Shown one piece after another: positions 36,363 through 45,578 of a DNA stretch of 45,578 bases (position 1 is the stretch's first letter; every line of letters starts with the position of its first letter). Under the pieces are notes generated by a model that saw only the letters and a list, made by a program, of their open reading frames with translations, made no database searches and was not told where the DNA came from. Both the position numbers and the translations under genes were made by a program. The DNA comes from Octopus bimaculoides (taxonomy: Eukaryota), in contig NC_068997.1 in NCBI RefSeq assembly GCF_001194135.2, forward strand, positions 6,131,763 to 6,177,340, read 5' to 3'.

Positions 36363-36379
36363 CTGTCGTGGTATGACAT
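36363..36379 (-). CDS. Candidate 17-nt first coding exon of PCK (MSYHDR), unproven
   Basis: ATG TCA TAC CAC GAC AG|gtaggt: a good donor in phase 2 that joins the 2601 acceptor in frame (AG|G = Arg), in a locally CpG-enriched patch. It is short enough to occur by chance. Confidence 0.33.
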
Positions 36380-37266
36380 TAAAGTAACGGTAAATAAATA
36401 TTTCTTTACAACTTTGATCACTCTTCATCGTTCATCTTATAACCGTTACAATTGGTAACCTCCGACTCCAACATTTACCGTTACATATGTTTTTTTATAA
36501 GATGTTAGGTTGTGATTTTGAGGAGATTTAGCAGCTGTTTCTGGCATACCATGTGACTACAGAGAAGTAACATATGAGTAAGACATTTTAGCATGTGAGT
36601 CTTCAAACATGTGATAGTGTCAAAATTCTTGAGATTTTTTTATTTGAAACTGTCATACTGGGATGCATTTGAAGATGAAAAAATGTAAACAGAATGAATA
36701 ACACATACACACAGATGTATTTCACACACACACAGACACAGACAAACACACACACACACACGTGCATATATGTGTATGTATGCTCATTTCTACATATTTA
36801 TATACATATATACAAATAAATACAATTAAATATTCTTGCAAATATAAGTGCTGTTGTTGTTGTTGGTGATAATGATAGTGGTGGTGATGGTGATGATGTT
36901 GGTGACAGTGACGATAACGGGAATGGCAGTGATGGTTTTATATTAAGACTGATAGAAAATCAACATTTCCCTCTGTAAAACTTTTCATTTTCATTTGTAG
37001 ACAACGTTATTCTAAGACCTGCAACCAACATGAAAACTTCTGGTTTGTTATGATCTTTCAGTGAAACTTTATACATATTTGTTACATTTCCATACTTAGA
37101 TAATCACAATGTATTGTACCTCATTACCCCAGAAGAGTTGCAATTCTTTATTTTTTTTTTAATGGGAATGTAATGGGGACATATATACTGTTTGCTAAAT
37201 GATACCACTTTTGTTTTATTTTGTTCTATGGTTCACTTCAATTTGTAACTTACATATATATATATA

Positions 37267-37469
37267 TCATCATCATCATTGTTTAATGTCTGCTTTCCAT
37301 GCTAGCATGGGATGGACGATTTGACTGAGGACTGGCGAACCAGATGGCTGCACCAGGCTCCAATCTGATCTGGCAGAGTTTCTACAGCTGGATGCCCTTC
37401 CTAACGCCAACCACTCAGAGAGTGTAGTGGGTGCTTTTACGTGCCACTGGCATGAGGGCCAGTCAGGCA

Positions 37470-37470
<1 letters not shown>
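37267..37470 (-). mobile_element. RTE 3' end
   Basis: catcatcatcattgtttaatgtctgctttccatgctagcatggg..., nearly the same as 17610 onward. Confidence 0.85.
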
Positions 37471-37521
<51 letters not shown>

Positions 37522-38012
37522 TATATACATACATACAACACATATATACATATACATATATATATATATATAATATGTGTGTGGGTATGTGTATTTATGT
37601 GTGTATGTATATCTATATATACATACACACACACTCATTATATTCTAAATAAAGAGTGTGATGTTGTTAACCTAATTTATTTAGGAAAGTGGAATAAACA
37701 GATGGCTTATGTAACAGCCAAAAAGCAAGAGGACACGTGTATATTACTTTGATCAGATCAATTTCTAGGGTTGTCTGACGGTCTGGGTATCATGCTGAAG
37801 GGCGTCATCTTTGCTACCCGCCATTGTCATTGTTATCACTGTCACAACTACCAACATACTCACAACCCCCACCTCCCCTCATACCTATGACTTCCACCAC
37901 CACCACCATCACCACCACCACCACCACCACTACCACCACCACCATGGTGATAATGATGACCACCACCAACATCATCATTACTATAGTTATCATTTCTTCG
38001 TATGTGTGTATA

Positions 38013-38081
<69 letters not shown>

Positions 38082-38387
38082 GTAAATGAGTATATGCATA
38101 TATACGTACAGGTATGTTCATACCGACATCCACCTGTATGTATAGGTGCATATCTGGGTACAGGACATTGCAAACAAACGTAGACGAGAACACACGAGCC
38201 ACATAGAGAACATTCTCCTTCATCAGCCACCCACGTTTTAACACACACATATATATATATATATATATAAAGGGCATTACTACAGAATAATGCCACAGAC
38301 TAGACTTCCCAAATAAACACGTTTTAGTACCGAATGCGAGGAAAACAGCTTTTGAAAGAAACCAACATTAAAAAAAAAATAAACTCA

Positions 38388-38450
38388 ACTATGTATTGAC
38401 CGATTTCACGGTTACCAGAATTAAATCTAGTTTCCGTTCGTCAGCATAGT
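38388..38450 (-). ncRNA. Hammerhead ribozyme candidate with a quasi-palindromic stem III
   Basis: ACTATG-CTGACGA-ACGG(22 nt)CCGT-GAAA-TCGGT-C/AATA-CATAGT; GUC triplet; stem I is offset by a 4-nt bulge. Confidence 0.5.
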
Positions 38451-38522
38451 ATAGTATCAAATACTATATAAATAGATAGATAGATATGAACATATATGTC
38501 TGTATACACACACATATATACA

Positions 38523-38620
38523 AAGGCGCAGGCATGGCTGCATATATATATATATGCACACATATATATAGATATACACATGTATATATATGCATACATA
38601 TGTATATGCATATATCTGCA

Positions 38621-38658
<38 letters not shown>

Positions 38659-38775
38659 TGTAGGCATGTTTACTTACCAACCACATTATTCTAGGTTCAG
38701 TCAGACTGCATGGCACTATGGGCAGGGTCTTCTGCTTTAGTTGTCAGTGGATTTGGCAGATGGGAACTGAAAGAA
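38523..38775 (+). mobile_element. SINE family B head interrupted by a (TA/CA)n tract
   Basis: aggcgcaggcatggctgc ... ttacttaccaaccac...ggttcagtc...ggatttggcagatgggaactgaaagaagcc. Confidence 0.7.
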
Positions 38776-38794
38776 GCCTATCTGTCTATCTATC

Positions 38795-38825
<31 letters not shown>

Positions 38826-38935
38826 CTATCTGTCTGTCTGTCTGTTTGTCTGTCTATCCATCTATCTACATATATATACATATGTATGTGGGTGTTGGGT
38901 GGGTGTATATGTATACATGTATATGTGTGTATATG

Positions 38936-40124
38936 CACAGATACAACAGAAGTAAATAGACTCCATTATAATCATTAAACTTATTTAAATCTGAAATTAT
39001 ACATTCAAATTATTTGTTAATTGTTATAATGTTATATTTAATATTCCCTTTATCATAATGTGAATATTTAATATGCCCATTGCATTTTTCAATGCAAGAA
39101 CTCTATTAGGCATGTTACTGATCAGATGACAAATATTCTCTTGTGGAATTTCTTGCTAAGTTTCATGCAGTAATGTCAAAAGCTCTGGCTTTGAAGATGC
39201 TTTCTTGTTCTTTTTATGAAGTGTCCTATCCATTATGTCCCAGAGATGTTTAATTGGGTTCCTATCTTGTGAATGTTTTGATCATGGAAGCTTTTTAATG
39301 CCATTCTCATCCAACAAATCTTGGATTATTTTAGCTATGTGGCAAGGTGCCCCATCTTCCATAAATAAAGAGTCTTCTTTAATCATTTCACCACTGGATG
39401 AGATTGGAAAGAGTCCTTTCTGCAATATGGACACATATTTATCTAAGTTTGTTTCCCTCACACTCCACCAGCTCTGATCAACCATTGCTCCAAGTTGCTC
39501 CCCAGACCATCACAGAATAGCTGCCATGTTTCATTGTTGGTTGCAATCTTTACACATCAAATTCTTGATCACAGAGTCTCCAGACCCACACTCGACTACT
39601 GCAAACCTGGACTCATCAGAGAATATCACAGTGTCTCAAAATGCCAGTGGCCTCTCCACCATCTCACTGGCCTAATTTTTTCTTGGCTTGATGTTGGCTG
39701 GTTGAAGAAGTGACTTCCTTCTTGCTACTAGCTCTTCTATGTCAAAGGCCTTGCAACAAGGATTATCTTCCACACTTCTCTTAACAAAGTGAAGGGTCCT
39801 GTCAGAGGGCCCTGGTTGATCTGAGCAAAGTGCTGTGGATTCTTTCCCACCTCTAGTGAACTGCACAGTCACTCTATTAACTGTAAAATGTGGGATCCCA
39901 AGGTTTTCTGCGATTTTACACTATGTCCACCGTCAGAATGACCCACAATACAGCCTCTTTGAAATTCAGACAGTTCCATGGCTTCTTTTGTACATGGCAT
40001 GATTAAACAGTCACATATAAAACCTGAAACATAAAAATGTCAATTAATAAAAAATATAAACCTCTATAAATTAGAATAAGCAGGAAACAAGGTTTTATGG
40101 GGTGTCTATTTACTTCTGTCATGT

Positions 40125-40129
<5 letters not shown>
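38936..40129 (-). pseudogene. Near full-length, decayed Tc1-like (DD34E) transposon
   Basis: MELSEFQRGCIVG start, VIFSDESRF, EDGAPCH, and 34 residues to NPIKHLW (the catalytic E is now K); internal stops. TIRs cacagatacaacagaagtaaatagac / gtctatttacttctgtcatgtcagtg. Confidence 0.9.
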
Positions 40130-40166
<37 letters not shown>

Positions 40167-40384
40167 ATGTGTCTTTGTGTTTCTGTTTGCTCTCTGTTAC
40201 CACTTAGCAACCAGTGTTAATTTGTTTACAACTCTGTAACTTAGCAGTTCCTCAAAAGGAAGGCGAAAGAACAAGTGCTAGGTTTATAGAAGAAGAAATA
40301 AGTTCTGAAGTCAATTTGTTTGATTAAACCCTTCAAGGCCATTTCACTGAAGAGATTAGTAATTTGTCTGCTATCCTGCTTACT

Positions 40385-41090
40385 AGAACTTTAATCTTTG
40401 CTAAGTTACCTGTAAGGCCCTTTCATTCTGGTCCTTGCTTCCATACCTGAAGTTTCTTCTCTAATTCTTGTAGAGACTCAGTTATAAGAACAAGGTCATC
40501 AGTGTAGAGGAGCTCCCAAAGGCAACCAGTCTTTATCTGTTATGGCCTGGAGGACTATGATAAACAAGAGGGGACTGAGAACTGGTTCTTGGTGAACTCC
40601 TACTTGCACCCTACATATGTTGCTATATTCATTGCTGACTTTCATCTTACTGACAACATCCCCAAACATTGCTTGGCCAGCTCTCACCAGCCACTCATTT
40701 ACCCCTAGTTTTCACAGTAACTACTGGATGAGGTAGAGGGAGATTCTGTCAGAGGATTTCTTCATATTGACAAATGTTAAATACTATTGTTATTTTTAGC
40801 TAATACTTCCTTTTGCAATTACCTTCTCTCTGGTACAAAACGAAATTGCCATGAACTGATTTGTACCTTCCATGACAGTAATTTGATACCTCTGTAAATA
40901 TTTCTGTCCAAGGCATCACCTTTAACTTTGTAGCAGTTGACTATAATGTTGCTACACTAGTCGTTGGACATGACCCCTTCTTGGACGACCTGATTAACTA
41001 TATGGGTGACTAGGCCATATCCCACTCAGCCAGATATTTCAAACATCTTGCTAGTAATTCCTGATGGGCTAGGAACTTTCTTCATATCAT
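40385..41090 (-). mobile_element. Decayed RTE RT fragments, same family as 1-369
   Basis: VGVHQEPVLSPLLFIIVLQAI, ELLYTDDLVL; gtagcagttgactat block shared with position 299. Confidence 0.85.
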
Positions 41091-41199
41091 ATATGAGATA
41101 ATAGTTTCACTTTAATAATATATTGTTGCCTAAATTATACAAAAATTAAAAGTAATACTGACTTCTCATTTTAACAGATATATTTACCAAAATTACATA

Positions 41200-41985
41200 A
41201 AAATATCTTGAAATACTAAAGAGTAAATTTATTCAATAAAATTGCCATTGGCTTCAACCATGGCCTCCAGACAACTTTGGAATCTCCTGCAACTCTTCTT
41301 TCTGGACAGTCTCCTCGTTTTAGTTGGTGAATGCTGCCATAATCCTTGCCTTCAGTTCATCTTTGGCTTTACAAGAAGTTTTGTTGGTCTCTCACTCAGC
41401 TGCGTCCCACACATAATAATCAAGATGGTTGCAGTTTGGGGAGTTAGGTGGCCTGATGTTAGGGGTGGTGTGGTTGTAGAAATCAACTGACAGCCATGAC
41501 TGGGTTCTTCTGCTTGTGTAGCATGGTGCAGAGTCCTGTTACCAGACATAGGGTCTTCCAGCAGCCACCCTCTCGACCCAGCACAGCACTACCTCCTCTC
41601 GGCATTTGAGGTCTATATCTGAAGTGGGTAGATGAATAGAGGCAGAACATCACAATCATTTGTGATCATGCCAAACACCATGATGTTGATCAGATGTTTG
41701 ATTTTTATCACTCTTGGTACATGTTCTGGGGACACAGCAAGCCAATGGTTGTTCTGTGTGTTCACCATCTGATCCTGGTAGAAAATTTTCTGCTATGAGA
41801 AAAACCAAAGCATGTACAGTTGGAGGGGATGCTGGAGTTTGTTCAAAAGCTTTGTTGTGTGGTCTTTCCTCTGTCCTTGATGGCTTGGGATAAAAATTGG
41901 CCCTTTCCCATCTTGTATGAGGAATACTGAATGTCTTCATGCATTACCTGCCTGATAAGAAACTTAGACACTCCCATGTCCCTGT
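41200..41985 (-). pseudogene. Decayed DD37D (maT-type) Tc1/mariner transposase
   Basis: FFS*QKIFYQDQ, VW*QDSAPCYT, and 37 residues to NSPNCNHLDYYVW. Confidence 0.85.
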
Positions 41986-42419
41986 ATGTATGTATATGTA
42001 TATCTTTATCTTTATATATGAATATGTATGTATACATACAAATATGTCTACATATAAATATGTATACACACATGACATTGAACAAATTGGAGATAGAAAA
42101 GCAGGGAAAAAAAAACTGACAAATCCACCTAATTAAGTTCTTACATATTCATCTGATATTTGACACGAACAACAATGTAATTGTTTACTGAAGTAAAAGG
42201 CAGGTAAATTAATGGAGAACAGTAATTAATGATGCACTGGTGTGGTGATGGTGGGGTGGAGCAAAGATATTTGGGTTTAATGAGAGGGAAGGAGAAAAGG
42301 AAAGACAAAAGCTGTTACAATTATGTCTCCTACTACTCCTCAGGAAAATGCATAAATAACAGATTTAGTTTCTGCTACAACTTGTCAGAGTCAAAGTGCA
42401 TGCATATCATCATCATCAT

Positions 42420-42435
42420 CACCACCACCACCACC

Positions 42436-42494
<59 letters not shown>

Positions 42495-42620
42495 GCTGGC
42501 ATGGGTTGGACGATTTGACAGGAGCTGACCAAGCAGAAGACTGCACCAGGCTTCTGTGTCTGTTTTGGTACAGTTTTTATGGCTGGATGCCTTTCCTAAC
42601 ACCAACCATCCAGCAGAGTG
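42420..42620 (-). mobile_element. RTE 3' end with an expanded (CAT/CAC)n tail
   Basis: catcatgctggcatgggttggacgatttgac...gctggatgcctttcctaacaccaacc. Confidence 0.75.
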
Positions 42621-43349
42621 GCCTGTATATATTGGTTGCCCATAAGTGCACCTTTATACTGATGACTTTCTCCTTATAACTAAGTCTCTACAAGAATTAG
42701 GTAAATAAAATAAATTTCAATGAAAAGAGTGGATAAAGAAAAATCTTAGCATTGAGATTGAGATGTGCCAATAGAATCTAGGCACATTGAGTAGGATGCC
42801 ATAAATAGCTAGGTACAATAACCTAAGGTTCACAGTGAGGTAAAACAACCATGAATGCATCATGTACTGGTAGGATACTGTAGATATGTAAATAACAAAT
42901 CCAATTTAAACTGTTGATCCAACTCTAGTGTGGCATAGGTATAAAAAAAGAACATAAATGGGTTTAAAATTTATTGCAGCTGTTTTGGTAGAATTTTATT
43001 GATGTATTCGTGGATTACATCATAACATATAATTCATGATCTTCAAATAAAATTTTAAACAGATATCAAACTAGTTAGATAGTACCTAGATCATGATGAA
43101 TCCAACCAATATTGTTGGATAAGAGGTATTTTTAAAATAACATTTGAATTTATAGAGAAGTTAGCTGGAATGGCTTGAATGAATAAAGAGATCAAACAGC
43201 ATTTGGCTATTCTAGCACAGAAGAATTACAGACATGCTGTAGCCATGAGATATCCTTAAGTGAGATAAAAGAAAGCAAAAGTCATAAGACTGTCATTGCC
43301 TTTTTAAGACAGCAGAAAGTCATAAAACTGTTATAGCTTCTTCACACAT

Positions 43350-43390
<41 letters not shown>

Positions 43391-43814
43391 TCACACAGAC
43401 ATGCACATACACACACACATATATATATATATGCATGCATACACACATATGTATGAATAAATATACATACACACATACATATATATGAGTGGTATTGGTA
43501 TCCAGAAGACCCAAGGTGGCAGGTAAGGCTATGTAAGTGCTCAAGTTCAGTGTTAGAGATAAAGAATTGACCTATGTGTGTGTATGTGATGTTGTGTTGT
43601 TTGTTAATGAGAAATGGGAGGAGAGGACTGAGGAAGAGGATGAAAAGGAGGAGGAATCTGAAACTTATTTATCTGTAATTTCTAAAAAAGTCACATTGAA
43701 AATGGATTTTCGTTTTTTTTTTATCTTAGCTTGTTTGACCTTTGACCTAATTCAACTTGTGATAAATTACTGAGATAAATTGAGGAAAATACAGAGATAT
43801 GTATAAGAGGACTT

Positions 43815-43815
43815 G

Positions 43816-43850
<35 letters not shown>

Positions 43851-43860
43851 AACAACAACA

Positions 43861-43892
<32 letters not shown>

Positions 43893-43924
43893 TAACAATA
43901 ATAACAGTAATAATAATAATAATA

Positions 43925-43956
<32 letters not shown>

Positions 43957-43990
43957 TAATAATAATAACAATAATAACAATAATAATTTT
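43815..43990. repeat. Compound (TAC)n(AAC)n(AAT)n microsatellite
   Basis: Visible directly in the sequence. Confidence 0.95.
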
Positions 43991-44049
43991 GACTGTAAGT
44001 CAATTACATCAATTCTGCTTGACAAACGGCAACCACACCTGTTCACTGT

Positions 44050-44640
44050 TAAGAAAATGCTGGAATGTACATGTCATTGCATTGCCCAGCCCTCCAATCA
44101 GCGGCTGTTGACAGCAGATGGACTACCTGACAAGTGGAACACATCCTTTCCACAGCAAGTGGAAAAGCAAGTGCTCCAGCTTGGTCAGTCATGAAGCAGG
44201 GCAAGGGACGATGATCAGGTGGTAATAGATGACAGAAGCAATGTATGCATTCATCACCTCCGCCTGACCTTTCAGGGACAGCTTTCTCTTAACCCATTCC
44301 TGGGTGAGATTTGCTCACCTCCCTCCAGTTCTTGTCACCTCCCTCTAGTTCTTGTCCACCTCCCTCCAGTTCTTGTCCACCTGGCAGTCCGGACCAAATC
44401 AGACCCCAAGCAATTTAACCAGCCCTTCCGTCCAGTGCCCTACAACACAATTGGTTGGCATGGACCTTCCTCTCCAGGTGCTGAGCTGTAGGCCCACCAA
44501 CTTTTCCTGATTAATTTTTGCTCCTGTCACCACTTTGTATTCCCTAAAGGTAGAGTTGATCATCTCGATTTCCGAGCTCTCTGACAGTCTTATGGTGATG
44601 TTGACTGCATAAACTGACATTAACCTTCCGCATCCTTGAT
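44050..44640 (-). mobile_element. Tx1/L1-clade LINE RT fragment, decayed
   Basis: SVYAVNITI (a degenerate YADD), GAKINQEKLVGLQLSTW, VKLLGVWFGPD. Confidence 0.8.
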
Positions 44641-45254
44641 CACACAGAATGCTTCTATCTGTACACTAAATTCATCACTGTACTCTTGGCTAACTCTCAC
44701 CTAATTAACAGTACTCCTGTATATGGCCTGTACTACTTTCACAAGCTCCCAAGAAGAAGTTGAGTAAGAGTTGAATTCCTTTTCAACTATTATGTACCCA
44801 CTCACCTCAGTGAAACTGAGATCTGGAAGTTCTGTGTATTCCACCTACACGTAACATTAATTCACAGTCCCTACCCTAATGAAACAAACTACATCTCTTC
44901 ATCATGCACTATGCTTGTCTCTTCCCTCAGCCCAATATCACTCTGTCATCTACCTCCTCTGTCCTCCCCCTGCCAATGGCATCATTGCTATCTTGTTTCC
45001 TCTATTCTATATATGTTTAACCTCTCACTGCATTTATTCCTTTTCCTCCCCCCTTCTTCATTGCACGTTCACACCTTGGACGATCCTCTATCATTTCATT
45101 TAGATTCATCTCCATGTACCTTGAGACTATGTACTGCACACAGTCACCTCTCTCTCACTCTCACTCTGGGTCAATCTAATTGTCTCATACCCTTCCCTGA
45201 AATTACTGGCCTTGTGCTAAAATTTGCAAACATTTTTACTACTACTACTACTAC

Positions 45255-45460
45255 TTGAGCTGGCAGAATCATTAGCGCACTGGGTAAAATGCTTAGTGGT
45301 ATTTCGACTGTCGCTATGTTCTGAGTTCAAATTCCATTGAGGTCAACTTTGCCTTTCCTCCTTTTGGAGTCAATTAAATAAGTACCAGTTATGCACTGGG
45401 GTCGATGTAAGCGAGTTTATCTCCTCCCCTAAGTTGCCCTTGTGCAAAAAATTTGAAATC
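45255..45460 (+). mobile_element. SINE family A
   Basis: gagctggcagaatcattagc...gttctgagttcaaattcc...aaataagtaccagttatgcactggggtcgat. Confidence 0.85.
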
Positions 45461-45464
45461 ATCA

Positions 45465-45578
<114 letters not shown>

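Noticed and set aside
38220-38226. CTGATGA on the minus strand as another hammerhead
   Set aside because: No downstream GAAA closing a stem II.
39613-39619. CTGATGA on the minus strand as another hammerhead
   Set aside because: It encodes the FSDE motif of the Tc1 transposase and has no ribozyme stems.
43537-43773. ORF with an acidic run as a host exon
   Set aside because: Purine-rich low-complexity tract with no recognisable domain and no clear acceptor/donor pair.

Overview
AT-rich, microsatellite-dense animal genomic DNA with several N gaps. The repeat families suggest a cephalopod (octopus), which is an inference. Only one host-gene exon is clearly supported: a 264-bp minus-strand exon (2338-2601) of GTP-dependent phosphoenolpyruvate carboxykinase, equivalent to vertebrate PCK2 exon 2 in content and intron phases. 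The rest is intron or upstream DNA filled with two tRNA-derived SINE families, RTE and Tx1-like LINE fragments, decayed DD34E and DD37D transposons, and MITEs. Most notable: (i) four hammerhead-ribozyme-like cores in different repeat contexts, one structurally complete on the PCK sense strand and one at the 3' end of a tRNA-headed SINE-like element; (ii) a CpG-retaining island at about 28.4-33.2 kb holding three long-inverted-repeat elements (one with telomere-like TTAGGG tracts and a 9-bp TSD), repeated TGTTTACGTGG motifs and a candidate first exon. Boundaries of decayed repeats are approximate, and all folds and counts were done by hand.
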